Shown one piece after another: positions 10,726 to 24,396 of a stretch of DNA of 64,000 nt. Below the pieces are notes generated by a model. It was given only the letters and a program-made list of their open reading frames with translations. It did not search any database and was not told the origin of the DNA. The position numbers and the translations under genes are program-made. Source of the stretch: Octopus sinensis (lineage: Eukaryota); contig NC_043013.1 in NCBI RefSeq assembly GCF_006345805.1, forward strand, positions 310,001 to 374,000, in the 5' to 3' direction. Position 1 is the stretch's first letter; each line of letters starts with the position of its first letter.

Positions 10726-13700
10726 TTAAAGTGTTTTTGTTAAATATTGTTATTGTCTTTGTTGAATAAAATTTGTTGAAAAAAAGCTGCAATAATTATG
10801 CACCAACCCAATAGAAACAAGTAAAAGATAAGAGAATTGGGAAGAATCATTTACAGAGTGTGTATAACTATGGAATAAAGTCCATTGCATTTGTTGTCAC
10901 GTCATGAGATGGCCTGTTGTCAGTTAAAAACAAGACAAATTCCAATTACAGCAGTCAATATAATAGGCTATATCCAAACATCTGCCATCAAAAACACTGC
11001 ACATCACTCTTGGTTTTTAAGGTACAGACTTCCTGTTTTAAAAGGAACTAAATGAAAACTTCCTAAAATGTTTCATTTCAATTTACATTCCAAACATCAG
11101 CTTAATTAATGACAAAGTTATCTTCTATATTCATTATATTTTAAATTTATTGGAAAGAAAAAGTGTATTTCAAGAGAAATATGTTAACAAAAGAGCTAAA
11201 ATGGGATTAAGACATTAAAAGCATAGCTTGCATTGAGAAAAAAAAAGGAATATTATTAAATGTTATGAAATGTGTTATTAGGCCTTAACTAGTATGCGTT
11301 TCATTACTTTTAATAAACCATGACAAAATCATAATTTATGGTTCAATATGTAAAAGTGCATTTATTTATTTCTTAAAATGACTAATAAAAAAATTACCTT
11401 TGTAAGAGTTTTTTAATAAATATATTTATATTAATATCTCGATGGTTGCTAGAACTTCTTGACCACATATGCAATGTTGTGTGGTTAAGAAGGTTGCTTT
11501 GTAACCACATGGTTCTGGGTTCAGTTCCACTATGCAACACCGGGCCAAGTGTCTTTTGTAGCCCCAAGCCAGCTGATATCATGAAAGCAGCTTTGCTTGC
11601 CCTCATCATAGAACTGTTTCACAGTTATATAATGCTTAGATTCCTTGTTGTTATTACAACTGGTCACACTGCACAATTGAAGACCAATGAAATAAATTCT
11701 CGTTTCAAAAAGCTTCAAAAAGACCCGCCCAACTCATGCAAGCATGGAAAAACTGACATTGAACAAATGTGCGTGTGTTTGTGTGAGGGAGAGGTTTACT
11801 TCCTAACCACATGGTTTCAAGTTCAGTCCCATCACATAGCACCTTGGGCTAAGTGTCTTCTATTATAGCTCCAAGTTATAATACAAGTCGATTTGGCAAA
11901 TAGAAACTGAAAGACAGAGAGAGAGAGAGAGAAAGAGAGAGATACAAATGAATATCACTTTCATATGAGCAGTGTCCATTTCCAATCTTCTGTGGAAACA
12001 CTGACTATGGGGAAATAATACCTTATATGGAAACGGTGAGGGTTGGTAACAGGATGGCATCCAGTTGTAGAAAACCTACTTCTACAAATTCCATGCAGCC
12101 CATGAGGGCACAGAAAAATGGGCATTAAAATGTTAGGGATTATATAATTTCATTTGTAGGATATAAAAGTTCTAAATTTAACTTTATTCATTCTCAGTAA
12201 CCACAAGTCTAAAGTATAAGATAGTTTTCATTACTACATCATTAATTAAGTAGATTAGTTGGGGGGGGGGGGGTTAATCACAGATTATCTGTGATAAAGA
12301 AGATGCTGGTAATATTCCATTGAATAGCTGGCCATGGTTTTATTCCATTACCAGAGAGCATTACAAAGCCAATGCATATGACTACAATACAGCCATGAGG
12401 GATGCTAAACCATTTGAAGAGAAAATTAAAAGGCAAACCACAAGAGTACTTAAAAAAAATTTTTTTTTAAATACTAAATGATGCTTTCCAAGCTAGAAAT
12501 GCATCAATGTTTATAGTAAAGGAGCAGCAGAAGCAGAAAATTTGTAGCATCCCATGAGATTTTCAAAGATAGTGCAAAAGCTGATCGGCTACATAATTAT
12601 GGTGAATTTTTTCATTTTACTTATTGCAATTCCAACTTTAATAGAGCAGACTGTAAAGGTTGAAAATTCCTTATCACCAACAATTGATATACTTTGTCTT
12701 ATGACACCCTAACCTAATAGATCATCTCTTGTCTAATAGATTATATAGCAACAGTTTCCAGAAGGAAAGACTACAGAGCAACTTCTTGAGAACTTCTATT
12801 TCATAGAAAGATCAGAATTTATCCAAAATCAAACTAGCATTTTCAAAAAGACAACATTGAATAATACAGTCTTAGATATATCATGTCTGAAAGAAGGAGA
12901 GGATAGTTACATAACTGGACCTAAATCTGCTCTGAAAAGAGTTAACTTGAGGATAATCGACAACTAATAAATAGTTCACTGAATTCTCACTGAAATGGCT
13001 TCACAAAATCTTTGCCTTTCATCTCTATTTTATTCAGTCGTTTGGTTACAGCCATGTTGGGGGCACCACCTTGAAGGGTTTTAGAGGGAAAACAAATCAA
13101 TCCCAGTGCCCCTTTTTTTTTCTTTTTTAAAGCCTGGTACTTATTCTAAATTACAGGGACCATAAAGACACCAACACCACCATCATCATCATCGTTTAAC
13201 ATCCGCTCTCCATGCTAGCATGGGTTGGACGATTCGACTGAGGACTGGCAAACCAGATGACTGCACTAGGCCCCAATCTTGATCTGGCAGGGTTTCTACA
13301 GCTTGTTGTCAAAAAGTGGTGGGGGTGGCACACAACAGGCTTCTTTCGGTTTCCATCTGACAATCCACTCACAAGGCTTTGGTCAGCCCAGGGCTATAGT
13401 AGAATACAACCTGCTCAAGGTGCTACGCAGTGGTTGGGAAGCAAGCTGCAAACTTCTTACCACAAGCCTACACCTGTGTCTAACTGTACTGGAAGCTAAA
13501 AACCTCGCTTCATAATTTTCTCTAGGTAATTTCACAAATGCAGAATCCTTTTAATTAACATTTTACTTCTAAATCAACATGTTGCTTTGGTTACTATTTT
13601 ATATTTAGGACACATTAACCTGTAAGATTTAAAGCATTTGTAACATCAAAGTTTAAGAGATTAGATTAAGCTGCATCTGTGTGGTAAAGTTTGTTTCTCA

Positions 13701-14634
13701 ATGACACGTTTAATATACTAACGATGGAGAAAATCACTATGCAAAATGTAAACGAAAGTAAACTATGAATTTTTATATGCCTAAATACAATTCACATATT
13801 TAATGTCCATTTTCCATGTTGGTATAGATGAATGAGTCTGAGAGAAATTTGGGGTAGGATTTTTACAGATGGATGCTCTTCCAGTTGCCAACACATGCCA
13901 GTTTTTTCCAAATAAGGTGTGATGTGTTCTTGGTTTTGTTTCTTTACTCCAGAGGAATTCAAAATCACAGAGTTAGTAGGTGATTTGTTGACAAGCAATA
14001 AACATCACCATCCGCAGCAGAAAATCCCAGCCCCAAGCAGTGACATCAACTTTTGCAGACCAGATGTAGCCATAGCTCAGCACAGGTTGTAAACATTCAT
14101 ATACATGCACGTGGCTTCTTTCAGTTTCCATCTACCAAATTCCTTCACATGGTGTCATGCGTGTAGGCTCAAACCTAAAACCATGAGGTTGAGAACAAAA
14201 CAGCCATGCCCGGGCATGCATTTATTAGCCATGGATATATAATGACAGGCATTCAGAAAACTCTTCTTCCATTGATTACAGTCAATCATATTCATCCAGG
14301 ACTTCTTGTTTTATGTTTGGTACTAATATCATCGAGTTATAGAGTGTCACAAAGTTATTTGGGGCACAGCACACCTACATTTTATCTTTTTAATTAACAG
14401 TTCTCAACATTTTGTAAGTTCAATTTCACTGCAGGACACAGACAAGGGCGTTCTAATATAGCTTTGGGCTGACTAATGCTCTGTGAGTGAAATACAACAT
14501 GGAAAGGGTGAGGAAACCAAATGATGAACACATTGGTGTGAAAACCAACTGGAGTGTTCAAACAACACTTTGTGATATTTACTGTATCCAAGTTGTACAG
14601 ACACTACCTTGCAAATCTTGCCATTAGAAATACA

Positions 14635-14848
14635 TATTTCTTTACTACCCACAAGGGGCTAAACACAGAGGGGACAAACAAGGACAGACAAACGGATTAA
14701 GTCGATTACATCAACCCCAGTGCGTAACTGGTACTTAATTTATCAAGGATGAAAGGCAAAATCAACCTCGGCAGAATTTGAACTCAGAATGTAACGGCAG
14801 ACGAAATACGGCTGCGCATTTCACCCGGCGTGCTAACGTTTCTGCCAG
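14635..14848 (-). mobile_element. Young tRNA-derived SINE (family B) with 17-18 bp TSD
   Basis: Direct repeat cttgccattagaaataca at 14617-14634 and 14849-14866. B-box gagttcaaattc, CpGs retained. An older copy lies at about 25520-25730. Confidence 0.85.
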
Positions 14849-14950
14849 CTTGCCATTAGAAATACAATGAACCAAACTCCCAGACCTGCTTTTATGACAG
14901 ACTGCATACATCAGGAAGCTCTTGTTGACAAACCAGGTAATGCAAGAACA

Positions 14951-14991
<41 letters not shown>

Positions 14992-15879
14992 GGGTTTCTT
15001 TCAGTTTTTGTCTACTAAATCTACAAAGCTTTGGTCAGCCTGGGGCTATAATAGAAGATTCAAAATGCCATGCAGTGGAGCCCAAGCCAAACCCATACAG
15101 TTGGGAAGTGAGCTTGTTAACCCTCCACCCACACATACACAGCAGGCTTCCATACAGTTTCTGTCAACCAATTCCACTCACAAAACTTTAATCAGTATGA
15201 GGTTTGAGTGGGTGACTGTTGCACAAGGTGCCACAATGCGATAAAATCCAAAACCACATGATTACTCACCTTCAGGCTTCTGCACAGTCTCTTCTATGTA
15301 CTAAATTCCACACAAAATTTAAAATACCCCAAGACTATGGAAAAAGATGCTTGATCAAGGTGCTGCACACTGAATCAGGGACAACAGGATTGTAAAAATC
15401 TTCATTGATTAGTACTTGATCGTTTAGCTTACCTATTGAAAATATATCTTCTAAAACCAATATCATGTGATATGTATAACTGCAAATATCTTAAATACTG
15501 CAGCATCAATTTTCATGGACAATTTAAGGCAATTTGAGTCACATCTCTCAGTGTTTTCTCTATTTGCATCCCATTTTGCCTATTAGAGTGAAATATGAAT
15601 CACCAACAAGGTTGTGCTGCCTCAGAACTCACTAAATACTGAATCGTTTTTCAAACTATTCATGTCCAAGTTTTTAAATAACACTTTGAACCAATTCACA
15701 CATTCAACTCTTCAACTGCTTGCCTATTATGAAGGGAATACATTTTGAGAATTGTGCAGTATATCCAAATAAGCTGCTCTTAGATAGGAATTACCATCAT
15801 ATCACAACATAACACCTAAACAATAAAATATTTAATGCAAGCCAAGAAGTGATTCTATACTGAAGTTCAAGCTGTTAGG

Positions 15880-16345
15880 GTTTAGTTAGTTAGTTAATTT
15901 TTTTGGCTCAAAAAGCAAGGCCATGTAGGGGGACATGGAGTTATGTACAGGGTGGTGTTCATGTAAAGAGTTCAGGCCACTTGTGGTCAAGGGTGACTTT
16001 GGACCGAGCGGTCGTCAGCATCTTCACCATCTCGTCTGGCAGCTTGTTCCACGGATCCGCAACCCTGACGGAGAAAGCCCCTCTCCTTTGATTGAGATGA
16101 AATCGTCGCAGATAGAGCTTTTCGGAATGACCCCACAGCCGACGCTCTGGAGCAGGAGTGAAGAACAGCTCTTTCGAGAGGTTACACTTTCTGCTTATGA
16201 TGTTGTGAGCGAGAATGAGATCACCACGGCGGCGGCGTTTTTCTAGAGAATAAAGGTCGAGCGACTTCAGCCTTTCTTCATAAGACAAATTCTTGAGACC
16301 ATGAACCATGCGGGTAGCCAGCTTCTGGACTCTTTCTGGACTCAA
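15880..16345 (-). mobile_element. CR1 LINE 3' end
   Basis: ORF 15959-16345 has CR1 C-terminal motifs (ERVQKLATRMV, SYEERLKSLDLYSLEKRRRRGDLI, FSVRVADPWNKLP) and a (CTAA)n tail. Confidence 0.9.
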
Positions 16346-16475
16346 ATCAAATCTACCTCAAGTCACACATGACAGCCTTAACTACAAAAAGAACACACTG
16401 GACAATGTTTGACCATAGGTCATTCAATCAGAGCTAACCTGAGATTATACTTCAGCAAAAATTAAAAACACTTAC

Positions 16476-16577
16476 CACTGGATCTTTAACAATAGTTAGA
16501 AGGGTTATAATATTGGTTCCTCCTTGTAAATTTTCTAAAATTTTAATTTCTCTCTTTATTTTCTTCTTTTTTACTGG
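16476..16577 (-). CDS. CSNK2A1: CK2 alpha exon (102 bp): [34 protein letters not shown]
   Basis: CK2-specific basic cluster KKKKIKRE. Acceptor catcttttttcag, donor gtaagt, phase 0. Confidence 0.98.
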
Positions 16578-17259
16578 CTGAAAAAAGATGAAAATCAAAA
16601 TATTTATCCAGACAATTTGTAATATGGAAGGAAGGAAGAAATTGTTATGTAACCATCCAACAAACTATTCATGCTGTTCTCTTGTTCACAGATAAAATCA
16701 CACTAACCCACTGAAATACACAGCAGTTAAGCTTTCATACATTCCCTTTGGTCTCATCTTTGATGCTTTAGATATTAACAAAAATAATTTAATGACTACC
16801 TTAACATTTCAACAAACATTTACAAACAGCTGCAACATAAAACTATGGCAAAATTTTCAGTCAAGATCAACGCATTGTTTGGGATAATTAACAGTAAAAA
16901 TTGGAAAATATATGGACTCATTTTCAGCTCTGACAAAACTGATATGAAATTGCATGCATAATTCCAAGGAAAAAAAGGGGGCATATTTTGTGGAGGGTTA
17001 AAAGCTTACTAGTAAATTATGTAAGAATGACATCTTAATAGCAATACTTTTCTATGAATTCAAATATATTAGAGAGAGAGTACGTATGTTACTAAGACAA
17101 ATATTTATTAAAGATAAATAAGTAACAGACAGGAAGAAGGAATGTTCATTCTTTTTCACAGATAACCAAAAATTTTATCCAGGTATTTGACCCTATTAAG
17201 TTTATGGCTGTAAAATATTTGTAAATGCTACAAACACCCCCACAATATAAGATCTAAAC

Positions 17260-17419
17260 CAGTGGCTCTCAATCTTTTTAATATCTGGGCCAAATCCAGG
17301 GGAATCTGCACAAAAAGAAAAAAAAGGTCAATTGAAAAAGTTATAGCTATAGAGGGAAGAGTGTCAAGGGCCACTGGAAGGATACTTGAGGCCCCAGGAG
17401 CTACAGTTGAAAACTGCAG
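17260..17419. mobile_element. hAT (Charlie-like) MITE
   Basis: cagtggctctcaa ... ttgaaaactgcag termini and an 8-bp TSD (a/g)tctaaac. Confidence 0.65.
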
Positions 17420-20416
17420 GTCTAAACCCCTGTCATAGTTCCTTTCTTTAAAAGGGGAAAAAAACCCAAAAAATTGAGGGAAGAGATCAATGGAAGCAGC
17501 AAACATCCTACAAAACACTCTGGAACCCCTTGGCACCATATATGTCTGCAAGTGTAACTTCCAATACAAATTGATTTTGTTTTATAGTAGTTTTCTTCCT
17601 TTCATGCTTCTGTTCCGTTGTATCACATTCCTTCAACTGTTCTGTAAAGCTGTGTCCAACCAATTCTTCCACTTCATTTCATATCATTACCAACATCTGC
17701 TGCCATTTAGTAATCAGCTCACCGTCCACTCCAAACTCATCACAACATACTAGCAGTTTCTTGTTACACATCAACAAATCACAATCACTCTCTCGTCAAT
17801 GGGAATATCTCACTATCATTTTTCTTCTTTTTCTTCTTTTTTCTTGAGGGTGAGGGAGGGGCTTTACATTAATGGAAACAAACTCCAGCTGTTACAGCTA
17901 CTTACACTGCAATATATATATTAGGTCACTTACATAAATTACTATCTCCACAAAAGGTGTCTTTATGTTTATAGTGTAAACGAATCAAACTGTCAACAGA
18001 AATGTACAATGTGACAGTAGCTGAATAGTTAGGATGCCAGCAGACTGTTAGCAACTTTAGTAATTGGTTCAAACCAAGGTTTTAGGTTGTAATACTTTGC
18101 CACTCCGATACAGCCCAAACAGGCATGACCAAATGGGTTACAAAGTTCACTTCATAACCCCAAAGTCCCAAGTTCAAACTTACTGCATATAACTTGCTAC
18201 ATGTCTGCTACATGCCACATGTTTTGGTCCAACCCAATCCTTGTGAGAGAAACTGAGCAAGTAGAAACTGTGTTGAAGCCTACCAGATAGACTGAACCTG
18301 TAAATTCAGAAGTCTAATATTATCAGTGTCATGCTGATTTGATCTGATGATAATGCTAAGACTCCAATTATCTGTGGAATATTCAACCACTTTAATTTGG
18401 CAAGTAAGCATTTCTACTGATCAAACAGCAGGAGTATTTGTTGTCAGGGTTCACAAGAGATGCACATAATTCACCCAAACAAAAGTCATTAGGTCTTGGA
18501 AATTCATGACATTAAACTATTGTCATCCAAGCATTAACCAACAAAGTAAATGTCAGAATTTTGGGAATTGTTTAAGGATAGGTTGGTTGGTTGTCTTTTT
18601 TTAAATATATTCTTTTACTTGTTTCAGTCATGCTGGAGCACTGCCTTTAGTCAAACAAATCGTCCCCAAGACATTCTTTGTAAGTCAAGTACTTATCTTA
18701 CCAGTCTTTTTTGCCAGATCATTAAGTTACTGGGATATAAATTCACCAACATCGGTGTCAAGCAATGGTGAGGGGCGGGTGTAAAACACAGACACACAAA
18801 CATATAAAAGACGGGGTTCTTTCAGTTTCCATCTACCAAACGCAGTCTAGGCTTTGGTCAGCCAAAGGCTATAGCAGAAGACACTCACCCAAGGTGCCAT
18901 GCAATGGGACTGAACCTGGAACCATTCTACCTTTCCTTTAAGTGGCCCTGTGGGCTTTGCTTCAACTTATTTGAAGAAAGAAAAGGAGCTAGTGCAGTGG
19001 CTAGGAGAAAAAAGCTAGTGGATATTAGCTGCTGAGAAGAAATGCCCAGATAGTGCTTATAGGTGCAGCTATAATACTAATGGTGCCTGAGTAAACACGT
19101 CCAATGGCTTGAAACAGAAGGGCAGTCAGGAAGAAAAAGCAAAAGACTGCTTCAATACAGAAAAAGAATTTGGTCACATTATAAGAATAGGCTCCTAACA
19201 TTTTGGACAAGGCCTCCAACTGGACATTAGCTGGGTTTGGGCAAGCTGGGTCAATAATAAGAAACTCAAGTGGTGTTGAAGGCTTGGGAGAACAGTGAAA
19301 GAGAATCAGGAAGAATCCAACCATAAAATCTCAATTTCAGCAACAAAGAGTAACACATTCATTCAGTAACATTAGTTCATTGAGACCTTTTAAAAAGCTA
19401 AAATACAGCCAGAAGTACCATTGATTTTATAGTAATTTTTAATGAACCAACTCAATGCTGTAGACTAATAGAAAGCAAACTCCCCAAAGACAAGCCATAT
19501 ACAAGATTTGAAGGATATTACCAATAGATTCATAGGCAATGGCATTTTTCTTTCTTTTTTTTTGTGTGGAAAGTGGCCAATGAAATCATCCAAATGATCA
19601 ACATTGGTCTGAATCAGATTAGCAATTCATATATATTTTGGAAAAGAATTTCAAAATAATTTCCACTTAATAGCATTCAACGGGAAGAAGGTGGAATGCA
19701 AAACAAAAACAAGACAATTGAAGATATCACCAATTCAAAATACTGATAACGTAGAAAATTATATACAATATTTCACCAAAAAAAAACCCAATTTTATTAG
19801 GGATATACACAAACTCAAGCAAATTTTAAATAAGCACAAATGCAACTGATTTAAAAACAAAGGAAATTTTGTCTCCTATCTCAAACCATTTTTTTACTTT
19901 CTATATCAAAATTAATCACATATAAACTTTTTTGTTGTCATATTTCTGGTGAAAATAATGAAGAATAATTCATTATAAAGCTGCTGTTTGAGGCCTAAAT
20001 CAACATCAAAGTTTTGATGGGTGGTTTTAATTTAGATTTATTTTTAAAAAGGATGTTTGTCTCATACAACCTGGGACAGTCTGAGGAAGGTTGGTGTCGA
20101 AAGGGTTAATCTGGTTCACTTTTTTATAAAACAATTTACTAAATATGTCAAGCTTGAAAATATAATTTAATTCATTTTGACAGTGAAATCAAAAATATCA
20201 AAATGAAATTGCAACAGATCCTGATTTTAATTTACTCTGAAGCTGCAGGATTAAGTGTGATCCAAGAGCCTCAAAAATTATTGTAAATAATATTGGTAGC
20301 TGTTCAATACATAGTCAATAATACTCACTTTTCCATGAAGATTAACATCTATAACTACTTTAATACACTTAAGTTCACTGATGATGTAATTTATACATAA
20401 CAGATAATCAACCAAA

Positions 20417-21130
20417 ATGATAGTCTTTAAACAAAGAGGTTCAATTTATGCACATACAGAGCTATGCGATCACAGGAAAGAACCAGCCAGAGCTTTCATT
20501 ATCTTCATGCACTCAGGACAGCAGATCCATTTGAAGAAACTTCCTGTGAGCAATGAAAAGTGGAACAGCTATTGGGAGGTGGCTGCAGATTTATCAGGGT
20601 GCCAAGAATTCTTTCCCATCCCAGTTACGAAGAAACCGGATATCATAATATGGTGTGAAAAACAGAAAGTGGTAAATCTAGTCCAGTTAACGGTTCCTCG
20701 TGAAGATAGCATAGATGCCACCCAAGCTACAAAGAGTGACTGTTATGTAAGCCTGCTCTAGGAATGAGAAGGCAAAGGCTGGAAAGGAGAAAATTTTCCA
20801 ATCGTAGTCGGATGTAGAAGATTTGTTGGACACAGTGTGAGACAACTGTTGTTATTGTTAGGCCTAAACTCATTGTAAAGCAAATACCACCATAATTGAC
20901 ATCCAAACTACAGCAGAAAAGGCAAGCCACTGGATGTGGTTAAAAAGGAGACAATGAGCAATGGCTAGAATAATATTGAGCTATATCTGATAACCAGTTG
21001 ATTTAGCAAGCAGGGCCTCATTTCAGGGGCAGGAGTTGCAATGATCCCATTGAGAGGTAAGCCACAAAACAGTGTGTGTTCTATCCTGATGACCCCAAAA
21101 ATTTGCTGGCATCCGGTATGCAGAGCTTTG
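20417..21130 (+). mobile_element. Degenerate HERO/NeSL-type non-LTR retrotransposon 3' end (restriction-like endonuclease)
   Basis: KKPDIIIWC...VQLTVPREDSI...GW...PIVVGCRRF...HWMWLKRR matches the PD-(D/E)xK RLE C-terminus of HERO-type elements. In-frame stops present. Confidence 0.72.
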
Positions 21131-23289
21131 ACTGGTAGCACTTGCATTTACATGTGCAAGTTATTTGCAAAACATAGCTGCACAACTACATGGTTCCAAA
21201 TTCAAACCCACTGAGTGGCACCTTGATAAGTGCCTTCTATTAAATCCTTGGTCAGACCAAGGAGTATGAATGGAATTTATCAGCAGGAACTGAGAAGCCC
21301 ATTGCGCATGTATGAGGGGACACACATGCATATTCATGCTTGGCTGTCCTCATTAACACTGCCTGAGCAAAAAGTGATAAGCAAAAATCCTGTAGCTTTA
21401 GTAGATTCACTGCTTTCAATCTACAAGGAAAAGTAGAATGAAAATGTCTTATTTGAGAAACAGGTAATGGTTGGCAAGGCAGTAAAAATCTGGAGGATGC
21501 TGAAGGATAGAGGAGTTTTGTATTAGAGGGGAAACATGGCTACCTCAGCTGGGTGGAGAGAGAAGATGGTGAAGATATGATAGGAAAGTAAGAGAGATCA
21601 TACACTCAAGTTAGAAAGAGGTGTATATATAATGAAGTGGACCAGAATAGGAGAGGGTGAGTCCACAAGATTGTGAAGGGTGTGGCAGATGCAGGGGGAT
21701 ATAATGAGTAAGCACAGGTAGAATGGGTGGAAAAAATTCAACAGGGACATATTGCGTGCAGGTAGGTACATGAGGGAAAATAGAGGGAAATACAGCAGTG
21801 GTGGGTATGGGTGGAGGGAAGAGGATGCCAGGAAGCTGAGTTGGGGAGGGGGGCTCGGGCATAAAGGACACACTTTTATGACCTCCACACCTAACTCATG
21901 CTAACATGTAAAAACAGATGTGAAAAGTGTGTGCGTGTGAATGTTTAATTTCTTGCATATTCATTTAAGAAATTATAGTTAATTCAATACTAAAGTACAC
22001 AGAGCAAAGAATTTACATAAAAACTCAAGTTCAAATAAAAGAATCATCATCATCATCATTTAACATCCGTTTTCCAAAGCTAAAATCAATGTATAGCACA
22101 TATATAGAAAACAATACTACATAAGGCAACACAACACACATTCAGGAAAACAGTATTTTAGGAAACTGAATAATTACTGGTACACTTCACGTGTGTGCAA
22201 TTTTTTTACTTGCATTCTTAGGAGTCACAAGATTCAAAGAGTCTGGTTGTCATGTAATTAAAATAGCAGTCCCAACAAAATACTGGAATAGGCAGTGAGG
22301 AGAATTATGAGAAAGGTAGAAAAAGACCAACTGAAGACATTGATTGTGAATACTTTTTGATCTAAGAAAAGAGGAGTTAAAGCAACATCTTAATAGAAAA
22401 AAGTGGAAATTATTTTGTAGGTTTTGAAACTTGCTTGTCCAGTAACAGCAACAGGTATAAAAATATAAATAATAATATAACGCAATGAACTTTCATATTC
22501 ATGAAGATGAAATCTGAATTGTGTAGGAGATCAAACAACAACTTTAATAGAAGTGAAAGATTCAAAACCAAATAACATTTGGGTTGGTCTCTGATTTTTA
22601 AGGAATCTCTCACATTACAATAGTCTCAATGTGTATGGGGTGGGGTTAGCTTCACCTTCCATTTGGATTAAAAGTTTAATAATTTAAGATGCAATGTTTA
22701 TATTATTTTGGAGTGGGAGAGAAAACATGGGATACACAAGAAAATTGTGAAATTATTGCTGTAATGTTTGCAATGATTTGGGGTTTAAACTAATCCCAGA
22801 TGTAAATTCAAACAGTAAACCATTTTCCCAGAACCATACGCTCAAACTGTTTTAAAAAATGAATACTTTTACCTATCAAGCTAAGCTTAACACTCCCTAA
22901 CTCCATTTATCACAAAACTTTAACATTTTTATCACCATTTCAATTTAAGCAGATACTCGTGCACATTTAATCTATTTGCAGCAACAGATTTGTCAGTAAT
23001 CCGTTCTATCTGAAGATTCCTTAACTCACACACCCCCAGAATGTGTCATATTTCAACAAACTTGACTGATACAAAGAGAAATGTGGAAAACAAGATATTA
23101 AATGAAATTGGGATTGAAAAATTGTTTCTGCAAAACAAATAAAAACTTTTAACTTTTTCTTTTAAGTGAGGGCACCACACAGTCAGCACAGTATGCTTGC
23201 AACAACAGTGATGTGTATATGTGATCTTGACTTCCAGTCAATAATTACACTATGTCACATCAGATAGTCATTGATGTGTGGGTGCTTCA

Positions 23290-24060
23290 GTGAATAAATG
23301 TACATTTAGTAATCCTCTACAGAGACTTTTCTGATGATGCAAGAGGTCTGTAAGGAGAAATGTTTAAGCTGTACCCCCAACATCAAGTGTGGTTCCAGCA
23401 TTCCAAATTGGGAGGAACATTCATTAAAGATGCTCCCATGTCTAGACAACCTTCCACAACAATGAATGAAAATCACATTGTCAAAGGGCAGACTGTGATC
23501 CACAAGAATCATCATCAAATCAGAAGCAGCATCGATAGAAGTTTGTTCCATATAATTTGAAAAGAAAAATTGAAGAAGCATAACATTATCACAAAATTTA
23601 TAGAATGTCTGCAAACAGTTGAACACAAAAGCTGAATCGCAGTCAGCCAGGAGCTGAGGAAAACTTTATGGAAAGCATCAAAACAGGCAACGAAATGAGA
23701 GAATGTGACCCTGGTGTTGAAATGAAAAGTAGCCATCACAGTGTGTGCGATCATCATTGGTGTGGCCAAAAAAATGTCAATCACTCAAATGTGAAAGTTA
23801 TAGTGACTGCCTTTTGATTGAAAAGTTGAGTATATTCCATATAAATGATTGAATATAGAGTATTATTTGGAGGTATTGAATCATTTGAGAAAAGCACTTC
23901 AAAGAAAGAGACCTGAGGCATGGACAAAATTTGGGTGCTGCACTACCACAATACCCTTGATCTGTGATCTTTTGTCCAAATGTTCAACTACTCTCATCCA
24001 CAAAGCATTCAACTCTCCATGATTGGCATCTACATTTTTGTTTATCCAACCTACTCCCAT
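23290..24060 (+). pseudogene. Decayed mariner transposase
   Basis: GGTFIKDAPMSRQPST (cf. GRTSIKDAPRSGRPS), a TGNE (TGDE-like) motif and downstream HDNA-like remnants, with frameshifts. Confidence 0.6.
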
Positions 24061-24284
24061 GAATTCTACCCTGAAAGGTTTACCAATTTTAAATGGCTGA
24101 AAAAGAAAAAATTGTTATGAGAACTGTATTCTGAAACTGGAAGAATCGCTGGGAGTATTGAAGGAAAATAATTTTTTTTTAAGAAAACAAACATGATTAA
24201 ATTATAAATTTTAAAAAACTAGTTTCTTTTAGGACAAAATTTGTATTTAAAATTTTAGAGTTTTCAAAAATTATAAAAACTTAC

Positions 24285-24396
24285 TTTTAATACTTTTATA
24301 ACACATTTTTCATTGTTTGTAATGTTAATTGCTTCAAAGACTTCACTGTATTTTCCTCTTCCTAATTTCCGTACAGTTTGGTAATCATCTTGTTGT
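24285..24396 (-). CDS. CSNK2A1: CK2 alpha exon (112 bp): (G)[37 protein letters not shown]
   Basis: Manual translation gives the CK2 alpha Gly-rich loop GRGKYSEV and the catalytic Lys. Acceptor tttttattaacag, donor gtaagt. Length and phase match the exon structure I recall for human CSNK2A1. Confidence 0.97.

Larger units (their letters stand above)
9909..10813 (-). mobile_element. Internally deleted mariner (Hsmar1/MADE-like TIRs) with nested insertions
   Basis: TA-flanked TIRs ttgggttggtgcataattattg(t/c)agcttttt at both ends. Transposase C-terminus PRKWEAVIEVDGEYAPE* on minus at about 9985-10040. Confidence 0.85.

Noticed and set aside
15875-15898. TTAGGG/TTAG run as an interstitial telomere
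   Set aside because: A single TTAGGG. The (TTAG)n is the tail of the adjacent CR1 LINE.
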